A stretch of DNA of 63,658 bases, counting the filler, from Octopus bimaculoides (lineage: Eukaryota), in the NCBI RefSeq assembly GCF_001194135.2. It is 7 parts of 7 records of this genome, joined end to end, with 100 filler letters (N's around TTAATTAATTAA, not from the genome) between each part and the next. Parts side by side here need not be neighbours in the genome. Positions count along the whole stretch, not along the records: positions 1 to 17,554 come from NC_068990.1; 6 more parts are not named here. One strand, written 5' to 3'. The position numbers and the translations under genes are program-made. The stretch's first letter is position 1, and each line of letters begins with the position of its first letter. The notes under the pieces are model-generated. The model was not told the origin of the DNA. It worked only from the letters and a program-made list of their open reading frames with translations, and did no database searches. Positions 1-12,710 of the stretch are shown piece after piece.

Positions 1-31
<31 letters not shown>

Positions 32-179
32 TATATAATGTATACATGAATACATTTATACAGACATAAATACATTTATATATGAGCATGCACACACATT
101 CACATACGCGTGCATACATATATCTACATAGTGTGATTCATATTTAAATTGCGTAACATATAACCAGTATTTAGAGCTC

Positions 180-480
180 CGTGTGCATTCCTATACATCA
201 AAGAAGGAGAAAACTGCGAGAACCCATTTAATAATCCAAATGTCCTTTCACTGGTCCGCATAGTTAGAAAGACCACATTGATGGTCAAAGAATTCAAAAA
301 AGGTAAGGTGAGTTTGGCTATGTTGATGTTACTAATTCCAAGGTTTCCAATTCGTGCTGGACGCAAATGGAAGGCGGAAGAAATTGCAGTCGAAACCGTG
401 GCACGAAATGGAAGATTTTGGGTGCAGTACAAACTAACAGGAAATGGACGGGTTTTCTGCCTATGAAGATGTTGTTTAGT
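180..480 (+). mobile_element. Degenerate non-LTR retrotransposon fragment, HERO/NeSL-like (restriction-like endonuclease class), region C-terminal to RT
   Basis: The + frame reads KTTLMVKEFKKGKVSLAMLM...IRAGRKWKAEEIAVE, and a shifted frame reads KILGAVQTNRK. These match the recalled HERO-type pattern (TSLVEEFKVGK..LAMML; RTGRKW.AEEAV; DIVGAVQTGR). Frameshifted. Confidence 0.55.
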
Positions 481-538
481 TCGCAAAGTAAGAAGGTTAG
501 GTAGGACTATCAGGGTGAGGGAAAAGAATGGTAGGTCT

Positions 539-733
539 CACTAGCGTAGCTAGAGTGTATGCCGCCCGTAGCAGCCCTTCCATTTGCCGACCCGGACCCC
601 ACAAAGAAAACCACATATTGCCTACAGCAGACCCAAAAGTACCGCTCCTTTAAAAGTGCCGCCCCTTTAAAAGTGCTGCTCCTTTAAAAGTGCCGCTCGG
701 GGCGGACCGACCCCTCCACTAGCGTAGCTAGTG
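539..733. mobile_element. 195-bp non-autonomous DNA element (hAT-like MITE) with 8-bp target-site duplication
   Basis: GTAGGTCT flanks both sides (531-538 and 734-741). Ends are CACTAGCGTAGCTAG (539-553) and CACTAGCGTAGCTAGTG (717-733). Three 17-bp tandem repeats CCGCTCCTTTAAAAGTG at 642-692. Confidence 0.75.
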
Positions 734-895
734 GTAGGTCTACTAAGACAGCCTATCACAGAAAGAACTGTGAGCGGCAGGAGTTGGGTTCAGTGGCTTC
801 GCAGCGTTCATTGTACAACAACTACATTTTTGAATGAACTGCGAAAATGCTCACACACAACTGCCTATATACGCACACGAAAATATATAAACGCT

Positions 896-1285
896 GGCGT
901 GGCTGGGTGGTAAGAAGCTTGCTTCCCAATCACATGGTTTCAGGTTCAGTCCCACAGCGTGGGACCTCGGGCAAATGTCTTCTAATATATCCTCAGGTCG
1001 ATCAAAGCCTTGTGAATGGATTTAGAAACTGAAAGAAGACTGTCGTATGTATATATGTATATATCTATGTGTGTGTCTTTATGTCTGTGTTTGCCCCGCC
1101 CCCCCATACACACATACTGCTTGACAACCAGTGTTAGTGTGCTTATATCCCCGTAACTTAGCGGTTTAGCTAAAAGAAGCCGATAGAATAAGTACCAGGC
1201 TGAAAAAATGTCCTTGAGTGAATTTGTTCGACTAAAACCCTTCAAGGCTGCAGTCTAATGACTGAAACAAGTAAAAGATAAAAGA
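896..1285 (+). mobile_element. tRNA-derived SINE, family A (octopus-type), with internal (TA/TG) microsatellite
   Basis: Head has A-box TGGCTGGGTGG and B-box GGTTCAGTCCC. Body and GTAAAAGA tail match many other copies in the window. Confidence 0.85.
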
Positions 1286-2392
1286 TGTAATAGAATAGGT
1301 TTACAACGCAATTAAGTATATTCAATAAAAACTTTTCGATATAAACTTAAGAGAAAGCTATTGAACTAATTTGTACGTACTCCTGGACTCACGGACATAT
1401 TCAGCTGAGTATGTCCATGATCCAAGTTGACATTGATATAGAAGTGTTAATTTAGTGGTTAACAACAACTGACGTAGAATTTTGAACGGTTTGAGCGCAT
1501 TCTAATGATATATACAGACGTTTCCCATTTAGAGGCTGGGTAAACAAGCCATCAATTTTTGATAATACGGATATTCTAGAAAAGAAAATTACAATAACCT
1601 GTCTTAGAACTCATTCATTATTGCATTGGACTATTTGGGAAAATATGACCAGAGAGAAATTCTGTAGCTAGAAGAAAATGTTCCATTTTTCTCTTAACCA
1701 ATTTACTTTCTATTGTCAATAATCGCATTTATCATTCGTTTAAGTTGATAGAGGCTTTCGTTTGTAATCAAGGCAACTACTTTAGGCTATTTACAGAAAT
1801 ATAACTGTTATATGAAATATGTTTTAATAATCAGAGATTTTGTTTGCTAACACAATATTTATATACACACACTCAAGAATTTAACCAGATGACATATTTA
1901 CAAAACAGGAGTCACTTTTATTTAATTCAATCAATGTGCAAACACGAACGTTGCTCTAAGACATCGGAATTACCGTATAGATACAGAGGTATGTTATTGA
2001 GTCGTCAAGTATTTACGTAGATAGATGATACGATAACCATTGAAATAGTTTTTCTTTTCCTCCTGATTCCATTAAAATCATAACCTAAAAATAATAAAAA
2101 TAAAAATAATGCCAATAATATTTTTCTAACCGACATATTCAGTATATATTCTTTAGATACATTACGCCCTATTTGGAATCGTTCAAGCACCAAACTGAGT
2201 AGCAACCATTGGCTCAATTCACAACCTTTAATGCACTGGGTATGTTTTTTTTACCAAACTCGGAAAGCTTGGTAAAATGACCAGAGTCATAAATTTATTC
2301 AATGAAAGAATCTGGGTGAGAATTGTTGATGTCTAACTTCAAATTAGAGAAAACTGGTTGATCATTTTCTAACGATTTTGCTGTTCATCTTG

Positions 2393-2764
2393 TGGAGGCG
2401 CAATGGCCTAGTTAGGGCAGCGAACTCGTGGTCATAGGATCGCAGTTTCGATTCCCAGACCGTGCTTTGTGAGTGTTTATTGAGCGAAAACACCAAAAGT
2501 TCCACGAGGCTCCGGCAGGGGATGGTGGGGAACCCTGCTGTACACTTTCACCCCTCTCACTCTTTCTTCCTGTTTCTGTTGTACCTGTATTTCAAAGGGC
2601 CAGCCTTGTCACACTGTGTGTCACGCTGAATACCCTGAGAACTACGTCAAGGGTACACGTGTCTGTGGAGTGCTCAGCCACTTGCACGTTAATTTCACGA
2701 GCAGGCTGTTCCGTTGATCGGATCAACTGGAACCCTCGTCGTCGTAACCGACGGAGTGCCAACA
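2393..2764 (+). mobile_element. tRNA-derived SINE, family B
   Basis: Head GGAGGCGCAATGGCCTAGT...GTTTCGATTCC. Nearly colinear with the copy at 16206-16548. Ends in GACGGAGTGCCAACA. Confidence 0.88.
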
Positions 2765-2879
2765 GCTGTTCATCTTAATGACGATGGACATTGAGCTCGG
2801 CAACCTCTAAAGGGGAATTGATCTTCTGTAACGGTGTTGAAGAAGCTGAAACCTCTCTAACCAACAAGTTTCGATGTAG

Positions 2880-3020
2880 CGAATGTACTGGGAGAGTAAC
2901 AGTCACTGATTATATATTCGCTGATGATTCTGTCCTTTTAGATAAAACATGAAATACGTTCTTGTCACAAATGAAATAAATGCCTATAGCATGTAGCGCT
3001 GAGTATGGGTTAAATTCGAA
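2880..3020 (+). mobile_element. Decayed LINE (RTE-like) reverse transcriptase fragment
   Basis: Translates as RVTVTDYIFADDSVLLDKT*...ACSAEYGLNSN, with the FADD catalytic motif at 2917-2928. An upstream piece at about 2240-2330 (KLGKMTRVINLFNERIWVRIV) is separated from it by the family B SINE. Confidence 0.55.
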
Positions 3021-4229
3021 CTTGTTGATGCAGTTTATTGTAGGTATTTTCTTTTTATACGAAGGGAGAAGATATTGGAATTCATAGGCCTATACATACT
3101 TTGTGTATATAAACTAATCCACTTGGAATATTATTTGATGTGTTTTTTTTTTAAGATGCATTTCGCTACAAGAACCATAATCCTGTCCTGGGCATATAAT
3201 ATAATATATTTTCGATTACTTTACATGGTTTGAGTTGTGTTTCATTCAGTTATTTCGTGTAACATTAAATTACATTGCTCCAAGCCTTTCATTTAGTAAG
3301 CTCTTTATTAGATCACCTCCGCATGAAAATATATATTCTTATTACATTTTGAGAAATATTTAAACTATATATCACTCAGTCAAGTGTAATTCAGAACTTG
3401 TAGATGCGCTTTACTATAGCTTTTTTTTTCTTTTTTCGTGCAAAGAGAAGTAATTCGAATTCATAGATATTTCAGCTTAGCGCAATAATCTAGGGTTACT
3501 CCAATATTAGCGAGTGTTTCAATAGCTAGTCGGTAGATCCAAATCACCGAGAGTTATTCTTCAGTTTAGCAGTCTGCTAAACGAAATTCTCAACTGTAAT
3601 GGCGACTCACTCATTTTAATTTAAAAAAAAAAATTTAATCAATTTCATATGCTGTGTCTATGCATTTGTTTTGCAAGATTCCTGAAATCATGTGTTGAGA
3701 CAGATATTGTTATATTTCGGGATGGTCATTTTGCTTTTGCTTTTTTTTTTTTTTTGCCAGATAACCATACGCGCTCTATACTCATTCTTCATTTCATCTC
3801 TACCATTATTCTTAAGTCTGCGTCAAGCATCCTGTGACCTCTTCAGCGACTCTCCATCCCACGTGTCTCCTCCTGACCATCCAGTTTCCCATGCTTTCAA
3901 CAACAGAAATTTCGATTTCGCTCCAAAATACACCCTTTTAAATATCTTTCATTTCCCCCCGATCTTTTATTTATTTTTTGGTGAGGAGGTGTGGTGGTAT
4001 CCCACGGGGAAAAATACAGAGATTACGATTCTGGAGTAAATTTTTCTGGAGAATAATTTTTAAAATTTCAAATTTTTGAATCAAAATTTTGAAATGCTGT
4101 TTTGGTGGATACAGTCGTAATCTCTGTTGATGAAAACATAAGAATCCATGAGTATTGTTCGATAACCCTTAATATTGATTTCAAATTTTTGTACAAGGCC
4201 AGCACTTTCGGTGGTGTGTGTAATTAGCT

Positions 4230-4559
4230 ATGCCGTGAACACCAAAGGCAGAAAAGTTGCCTGATTCTCAAAGACAGCGTATTGTGGGTCCATCTCAGAG
4301 CGGGCTCAGCTAGAGTAAGATTGTATAAAACCTTGGGATTTCTCTCACCGAAGTCAACAGAATGATTGTACAATTCACCAGCAAAGGAAAAGAATCAACG
4401 TCATCCTGCTCAGGTAGACGCGAGTCCTCCGACAGATGTTTTCGAGCCGTCAAGCGGATTGTTGAAAATAATTCTCGTTGTAAGGCAGATGATGCTGCAG
4501 TGCAACTCCGAATAAGATGGGTTATTTCTGTGAGGTATCTTCATCAACTTAGCTATTGA
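4230..4559 (+). mobile_element. Tc1-like transposase N-terminal (paired HTH) pseudogene fragment
   Basis: MP*TPKAEKLPDSQRQRIVGPSQSGLS*SKIV*NLGISLTEVNRMIVQF...SGRRESSDRCFRAVKRIVENN matches the Tc1 DNA-binding domain pattern, including the (R)SGRP linker. In-frame stops. Confidence 0.7.
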
Positions 4560-4570
4560 ACTGAAAACAA

Positions 4571-5401
4571 GGCATACCTTCGATAGCTGTACATGAAAAG
4601 TGAAAGTCCTTCTTCGGCAATTTCCGTAATTTTTTTTTTTCTTTAATTTTCTAAACTGCTTGTGTTTATGAGTTTTGTGTAAATATGTATGTATTTATGT
4701 GTGTATAAAAGTACTGCATATATATGAGTATTTGTGTATGTGTATACATAAATATATATGCATATACATATACAAAATATTATCCGAAAAATATAGTATT
4801 ATACATCCATCGCGGCTGATCTTACCAATCGGTTTCGCGCAAGGAATACAACGGAGTGTTAGGTAACAATCCGATTAAATAATTTTACGCTTATCAGAGT
4901 TAGCAGATATGAAAGGGAATATGGCAATTGCTCCGCCAGAGCAATCGCCATATTCCCATCCATAATGGCCAGAGCAGTCGCCATATTTCCTTCCATATCG
5001 GCTAACTCTGATGAGCATAAGGTTTTATAATCGAATTGTTTCCTAACACTCCATTATATTCCTTGCGCGAAACCGACTCGTAAGATCAGCCACGATAGAT
5101 ATATAATACTATATTTTTCGGATAATATACCCACTCTATTGAAAGATACACGAATGCATCTCTTCCCTGACTTATAGCCTCTTAGACGACTCATGTACAC
5201 ATACAAATATACATACATGCACATAAACACATACGTATACTTACATGCACAAATATACATACACGCAAACAAGCACATACATATATACACAAAAAGTACA
5301 TAAACACAAGCGGTTCAGAAAATTAAAGAAATAAGGATTTTTTACGGAAATTGCCGAAGAAAGACTTTCACTTTATCATATAGATCTATCGAAAGAATGC
5401 C
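4571..5401. mobile_element. About 830-bp foldback (long inverted repeat) element
   Basis: GGCATACCTTCGATAG...GAAAGTCCTTCTTCGGCAATTTCCGTAA (4571-4629) is the reverse complement of 5342-5401. Inner arms 4777-4925 and about 4980-5129 are also complementary. Confidence 0.8.
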
Positions 5402-5604
5402 GGAAACAAAAATACATTAACAAGTTTGAAGCATCAAGTAATGTCTGCACAGATAAAATGGTATAACGAGAGGTGTATATTTACTCCTGAGATGTCTTTG
5501 TATTTTCGAGGACTGTAAAATTACGGCAACAGTCTTCTAGTTTGCCTGGTTTGTTCGATTTTCAACCGAGGTCAGAGTAACCTCCATGTTAACTTGCCCT
5601 CGAC

Positions 5605-5682
<78 letters not shown>

Positions 5683-6093
5683 CAGTTACATATTTGTATT
5701 TTGTAAATATTTATATAATCCAGTGATTATTTATTTAATATATGTTCTGTTATTATTTGCTTTAAGTTATATTGATCTACGCATGAAGAAAAAAAATCTG
5801 TCTAACCAATAATCACTTCTTAATATATTGAAACAGAGATCAGGGGTGAAATGAATCTATTTAGTTTGCCGGCAGGCTATTAATACCTTGCATGAGCAAT
5901 GTAGATAACCCCATAAAAGTAAATAAAAGAGAATACTGTACAGAAAAATAAAGAAATGAAAGTACATATACAGGTATTAAGCGGAATTCGGAAGTCGATT
6001 TTATGTTTCCATGTTAGTGTATTGATTAATTTTTAGTTTGTTAAATAGGTAGATAGATGTTTTTCTATCCATCTATGTATGTATGTATGTATG

Positions 6094-6136
<43 letters not shown>

Positions 6137-7159
6137 ATATCTATCTATCTATCTATCTATCTGTCTGTCTTTCTGTCTGTCTGTCTATCTATCTTAAGTC
6201 ATAGACAAGCAAGACAAACTGATGACAANNNNNNNNNNNNNNNNNNNNNNNNNNNNNNNNNNNNNNNNNNNNNNNNNNNNNNNNNNNNNNNNNNNNNNNN
6301 NNNNNNNNNNNNNNNNNNNNNNNNNNNNNNNNNNNNNNNNNNNNNNNNNNNNNNNNNNNNNNNNNNNNNNNNNNNNNNNNNNNNNNNNNNNNNNNNNNNN
6401 NNNNNNNNNNNNNNNNNNNNNNNNNNNNNNNNNNNNNNNNNNNNNNNNNNNNNNNNNNNNNNNNNNNNNNNNNNNNNNNNNNNNNNNNNNNNNNNNNNNN
6501 NNNNNNNNNNNNNNNNNNNNNNNNNNNNNNNNNNNNNNNNNNNNNNNNNNNNNNNNNNNNNNNNNNNNNNNNNNNNNNNNNNNNNNNNNNNNNNNNNNNN
6601 NNNNNNNNNNNNNNNNNNNNNNNNNNNNNNNNNNNNNNNNNNNNNNNNNNNNNNNNNNNNNNNNNNNNNNNNNNNNNNNNNNNNNNNNNNNNNNNNNNNN
6701 NNNNNNNNNNNNNNNNNNNNNNNNNNNNNNNNNNNNNNNNNNNNNNNNNNNNNNNNNNNNNNNNNNNNNNNNNNNNNNNNNNNNNNNNNNNNNNNNNNNN
6801 NNNNNNNNNNNNNNNNNNNNNNNNNNNNNNNNNNNNNNNNNNNNNNNNNNNNNNNNNNNNNNNNNNNNNNNNNNNNNNNNNNNNNNNNNNNNNNNNNNNN
6901 NNNNNNNNNNNNNNNNNNNNNNNNNNNNNNNNNNNNNNNNNNNNNNNNNNNNNNNNNNNNNNNNNNNNNNNNNNNNNNNNNNNNNNNNNNNNNNNNNNNN
7001 NNNNNNNNNNNNNNNNNNNNNNNNNNNNNNNNNNNNNNNNNNNNNNNNNNNNNNNNNNNNNNNNNNNNNNNNNNNNNNNNNNNNNNNNNNNNNNNNNNNN
7101 NNNNNNNNNNNNNNNNNNNNNNNNNNNNNNNNNNNNNNNNNNNNNNNNNNNNNNNNNNN

Positions 7160-7226
7160 NGTGTCTTTTACTATGGCTTTGGACCGACCAACACTTTGGT
7201 GGACGGAAAATGAAAGAAACCCGTCG

Positions 7227-7311
<85 letters not shown>

Positions 7312-7450
7312 GAGAGAGAGAGAGCACCGCTTGACAGCCAGGGTTGCTGTGTTTACGTCCCCGTAATTTAGTGGTTCAGCAAAAGAGAACAATAGAATAA
7401 ATACAAGGCTTAAGTAAAGTACTGGAGCCGATTATTTTATCTAAAATTCT
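7160..7450 (+). mobile_element. SINE family A, 5'-truncated by gap, internal (TG)n(AG)n
   Basis: GGACCGACCAAAC...GAAAGAAACCCGTCG followed by microsatellite, then the CCCCGTAA...AATAAA module. Confidence 0.75.
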
Positions 7451-7698
7451 GCAGCAGTCGTCTCTGGATATTTATCCTCTTCTACAACTGCCATCATTTA
7501 AAATTATACCGTTACTCTGTTGTGTTCATTCATAAGCATCATCTATGCTTCTCTAGTCGTTCTCAGATCTGCTATCACGGCTACACTATGTTGCGCTAAA
7601 GAGGCCTAATAAAGTTGAAACGAATGCACAGTTCTCACCATATTTTCTAAAGGTCATACTCACTTACTTCTGCATTCCACATCTCATTACAAGCATCT

Positions 7699-7890
7699 CC
7701 GCGTAACAGAAACGTTGCGTTCCTCAAAATCTTGTCTTAACGTGGAATTCTGTAACGCAGAAGCTATTTTCCAATGATTTCATGTTACATGGAAGATAAT
7801 GAACATGAAAGTAGCTGGGAAATACGTTTCACTTCATAGAATTTCATGTTACAGCAAGAATTTCAGGCAGGCAACGTTTCTGTAATGCGG
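7699..7890. mobile_element. Small TIR-bounded element (MITE-like)
   Basis: CCGCGTAACAGAAACGTTGC (7699-7718) versus GCAACGTTTCTGTAATGCGG (7871-7890): 20-bp inverted repeat with 2 mismatches. Internal TTTCATGTTACA occurs twice. Confidence 0.5.
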
Positions 7891-8364
7891 GGGTTGTTTG
7901 TAATTTTAATTATCTTAAATTTCAGTGTTCTTTCATCCTGCCATTTTTCTTTTATCAAAATTAGCCCTTCAAAGCCTAAATTTAACTGATTTACATTCCT
8001 TGTGATTATTAGATCCTATATGCTAGCACTCGTTTTTTTAAGTTTCAGTTTCGTTTCATAGTTGAGCATAGCACTCGAACGAATATCATTCGAGATGTAC
8101 CAGCAATTACTGTATCAATTCCTTTAGCGGTTGAATAAAACACAGCAGTTAAATGCAACTTGTTTTCTTGTATTTATTTCTATTGGTTATTCACGACTCA
8201 TTGGAACCAAGAAACAGTAGTTATACCAGGACTTGAGACACGCTAACCAATCCACTAAAGGTGCTGAATCACCTTTAGTCACGATAAAATTTTTCCTTTA
8301 TGGTACTATGTTGCGCTTTGCTGTTTATATTCATTTATATATACGTAATTTATATTAATTTATA

Positions 8365-8535
8365 GGCGTAGGAGTGGCTGTGTGGTACGTAGCTTGCTTA
8401 TGAACCACGTGGTTCCGGGTTCAGTCCCACTGCGTGGCACCTTGGACAAGTGTCTTCTCCTATAGCTTCGGGCCGACCAAAGCCTTGTGAGTGGATTTGG
8501 TAGACGGAAACTGAAAGAAGCCCGTCGTATATATG

Positions 8536-8589
<54 letters not shown>

Positions 8590-9500
8590 GTGTGTGTGTA
8601 TATGTTTGTGTGTCTGCGTTTGTCCCCCCCCCANNNNNNNNNNNNNNNNNNNNNNNNNNNNNNNNNNNNNNNNNNNNNNNNNNNNNNNNNNNNNNNNNNN
8701 NNNNNNNNNNNNNNNNNNNNNNNNNNNNNNNNNNNNNNNNNNNNNNNNNNNNNNNNNNNNNNNNNNNNNNNNNNNNNNNNNNNNNNNNNNNNNNNNNNNN
8801 NNNNNNNNNNNNNNNNNNNNNNNNNNNNNNNNNNNNNNNNNNNNNNNNNNNNNNNNNNNNNNNNNNNNNNNNNNNNNNNNNNNNNNNNNNNNNNNNNNNN
8901 NNNNNNNNNNNNNNNNNNNNNNNNNNNNNNNNNNNNNNNNNNNNNNNNNNNNNNNNNNNNNNNNNNNNNNNNNNNNNNNNNNNNNNNNNNNNNNNNNNNN
9001 NNNNNNNNNNNNNNNNNNNNNNNNNNNNNNNNNNNNNNNNNNNNNNNNNNNNNNNNNNNNNNNNNNNNNNNNNNNNNNNNNNNNNNNNNNNNNNNNNNNN
9101 NNNNNNNNNNNNNNNNNNNNNNNNNNNNNNNNNNNNNNNNNNNNNNNNNNNNNNNNNNNNNNNNNNNNNNNNNNNNNNNNNNNNNNNNNNNNNNNNNNNN
9201 NNNNNNNNNNNNNNNNNNNNNNNNNNNNNNNNNNNNNNNNNNNNNNNNNNNNNNNNNNNNNNNNNNNNNNNNNNNNNNNNNNNNNNNNNNNNNNNNNNNG
9301 TTATCCACCACCGCGTGACAACCGGTTTGGTGTTTACGGCCTCGTAACTTAACTGTTCGGCAAAAGGGAAAAATAGAATAAGTACTAGGTTTCAAAAAAA
9401 AAAAAAAAAGTACTAGGCTCAATGTATTTACCTAAGAATTCTTAAAGACAGTATCCCAGCATGGCCGCTGTCTAACGACTAAAACATGTAAAAAATAAAA
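8365..9500 (+). mobile_element. SINE family A, interrupted by an assembly gap at its internal microsatellite
   Basis: Head GGCGTAGGAGTGGCTGTGTGG. The 3' half resumes after the gap. Confidence 0.85.
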
Positions 9501-10885
9501 CGTAAGAGATTATTATTAATTTTTTTTTCCTTTAATTTAATTAACTTTTCGACACTAATCCATATGAAATTTCCTCTATAAAAGCGTCAACATAATTGAA
9601 ATCATAGGGCCGAATACTTCAACAGGTGCACATTTATCTTCTAAATATGTTATTTCACAGAAACCTTATAATTATTAATCCCCACCCCATTTCGTGGCCC
9701 TCCCACTTTGTCAATAGTTGTATGGTTAATGCCTTTTAGAACCGACCACTAGTCAAGCACCACCTTCATAAGTACTTACGCGATAAATCAATATAATATC
9801 AACACTAACAACGGGTTATACGGCCTTCGTACACACCATAACTACCTGTCACTAACCGTCATCATCGTATCATGCATTAACTATTTTATCTGTTATTATA
9901 ACATAAACCATATCCAGATACGTTATGTACGTATGCTTGTATGTATAAATGTCACTAAGTTAAAAAACAACAACAGAAATAACAGCTACCGAATCGTTAT
10001 AATAATTGTAGACCAGGCAACGTCCAGCTAGCATTCACTGAATGAACCTCTAAAATCACGGTTAGTCTTACATTTTTCCTTCTTTTTTCATTTTTTTTTT
10101 TACACAAGTCACGAATGTAATTGTTGCATAAGATAAAAATAACTGTAGTCTCGACCCCTTTTTAATTCAGAAAAGCATGGTCATCATATATTCGAATATG
10201 TATTTTCTTTGTATACGAAAAGTATACAAACGGTTAATGTAGTTAAATTTTCGATTAACGGTGCCCACCTTAGACAAACACTTAGCTTTATGTCTAAAGA
10301 AGAAGTCTACTATCACGGTGGTGTTGTGACAAAATCGGCAGGTGGTGGTGGTGGACCGAATACGGTTGATTATTCACTTTCGTCTGTTACCTTTTTAAGT
10401 GATATCATACCGGAGTTGTCGTGACCTTCCGAGGCAATACCTGAACTTGCAGACCTACTGATCATCCCGTTGTTGTAGGTAATAACTAGAACTATTTAAT
10501 TTATTATGTCTTTTATTTAATTCAAACTGCAAGGTGTAATTTAGGTAAATTTGGCAGCTATGTCTTGCAAGTCGAACAACCAACATAAACTCTCACGTTG
10601 GTTCGTTTGTTAAGGGGACGGCGCCAATGAAATAAGTACTAGTGACGTGTCAGGGGTCTGATCATTACATAGTTGTCACCATGTATCAATGGAATGAATC
10701 ATTATCAATAATAGTATTCCCTATTACAGGGCAGTAACGAAATCGACAACACACTGCAATAATATTCCTAGTGTGAGCTTCTCTACATCATGAGTTCAAA
10801 TTTCACTAGGTCGATTGCGAGTTTTATCGCTAAGATTAATTAGGTTAATTAATTTGACTTCTGATATGCTGATATAGAAATTAAG

Positions 10886-10955
10886 CCTCGGGCCGACCAA
10901 AGCCTTGTGAGTGGATTTGGTAGACGGAAACTGAAAGAAACCCGTCGTATATATG

Positions 10956-10986
<31 letters not shown>

Positions 10987-11195
10987 GTATGTGTGTTTGT
11001 GTGTCTGTATTTGTCCCCCCACAACCGATGCTGGTGTGTTTACGTTCCCGTAACTTAGCGGTTCGGCAAAAAGAGACCGATAGAATAAGTACTAGGCTTA
11101 CATGAGAATAAGTCCTGGGGTCGATTTCCTCGACTAAAGGCGGTGCTCCAGCATGGCCGCAGTCAAATGACTGAAACAAAAAGAGTAAAGAGTAA
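10886..11195 (+). mobile_element. SINE family A, 5'-truncated
   Basis: Near-identical to the body and tail of the copy at 36716-37100. Confidence 0.88.
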
Positions 11196-12314
11196 AATAT
11201 GATAATTAATATATTAGTGCGGTCAGTTTAAGTGTCCCATATCATCAGTTCCAGTTACACTATTCGGATTGGCTATTTTTTAGATACAGCTCTTTATGAT
11301 CCGAGTTTAAACTAGTCGAGGTCAACTTCGCCATACACCCTTTTGGATTGAGAAAATAAAGTATAAACAATTACAGTGATCAATATAATCAAGGTTCCTC
11401 TTTCTACCTATTTCTGGCCTTCTGCTTTTGTTAGAAACAATTATTTGTTTCGCTATTTTTCCCAGAATTCTTTATAAGCTAATTCTTTGCAATGATGAAA
11501 TCTTGATTTTCACCTGATTTGATCTGTTTAAATGTATATATTCGTTCCATCACTTTATCAAAATTGTCACCCACCTAAAAGGACCATATCTCTTAAAAAT
11601 AAAAATAAAATTAAAAAGTGAGGGGCATGCGATAGGATTTTTTAATTGATTGGGGTTTGTTTCCCATCTGTGTTTCGCTACCGTCACTGAAGTCAAATCA
11701 TTATTAAGCTTCACGGGTGTAAATCAGGGACTCTCATTGTGTCTAAGTCCTAGTCTCTCGGCAGCTTTTACATTCGGATGCTTTTTATAGTCTTCAGTGA
11801 TTGCCGGAGCTTCGATCTTTAGAAATCACAACACATTTCTTTCTTCTACAAAAGGCACAGATTTTAGTTAAAAAGAAACTATTTTGTCATATTTTGTAGC
11901 AAATGTAAAGGACGAATCAGTAAGTTCCATGAGTCAAAAGAATTTCACTTTAATCATCTTGATACCACCGATAATGCGACCGAGAAAGGAAAGGATTCGA
12001 GGCCGCCCCATAAATCCCAACCTGAAAATGTAAAGTATTGTCATTAGCAAAATATGTCAATGTTTGTTTTAAGATCATATCTTATTTTGAACTCTAGTGC
12101 GCCAGAGTTAAACTTTGCTCTCGTTATCGGAGTCTCCCCACTTAACACACACTATCTCCACGGAAGCCAAATTCTCACAAATTCTGCACAAAACAGAAAA
12201 GCAGAAAAGGAAAAAAAACTACCTCACCAAGAGTAGTAATATTTCCTTTTCTAAGAGCAATGAATATGAAGCAAAGCATGAAATGCTGTTGAATAAAATA
12301 AATAATTTTCATAG

Positions 12315-12710
12315 GTGCAGATGTAGCAGTGTGGTAAGAAGCCTGCTTCCGAACCACATGGTTCTTGATTCAGTCCCCGTGCTTGGCACTTTGGGCAAGT
12401 GTCTTCTACTATAGCCTCGGACCGACCAAAGCCTTGTGCGTGGATTTGGTAGATGGAAACTGAAAGACGCCCGTTGTATATATCTATGTGTGTGTGAATC
12501 CTTGTGTTTCTATTTGTTCTCCCACCATCGCTTTACAACCGGAGTTGGTATGTTTACGTCTCCATAACTTTGCAGTTCGGCAAAAAGTACCGATGGAGTA
12601 AGCGTCAGGCTTTAAAAATAAACCCTTGGGTCGATTTGTGCGACTAAAACTCTTCACGGCAGTAACCCCAACATAGACGCAGTCAAATGACGGAAACAAG
12701 TAGAAAAGAA
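12315..12710 (+). mobile_element. SINE family A, older diverged copy
   Basis: Colinear with other family A copies. Confidence 0.8.

Noticed and set aside
124-486. 120-aa minus-strand ORF
   Set aside because: It is the antisense of the HERO-like retroelement fragment on the + strand.
2393-2465. tRNA-like A/B boxes here and at many other sites
   Set aside because: They are SINE heads with no complete cloverleaf, and each continues into a SINE body.
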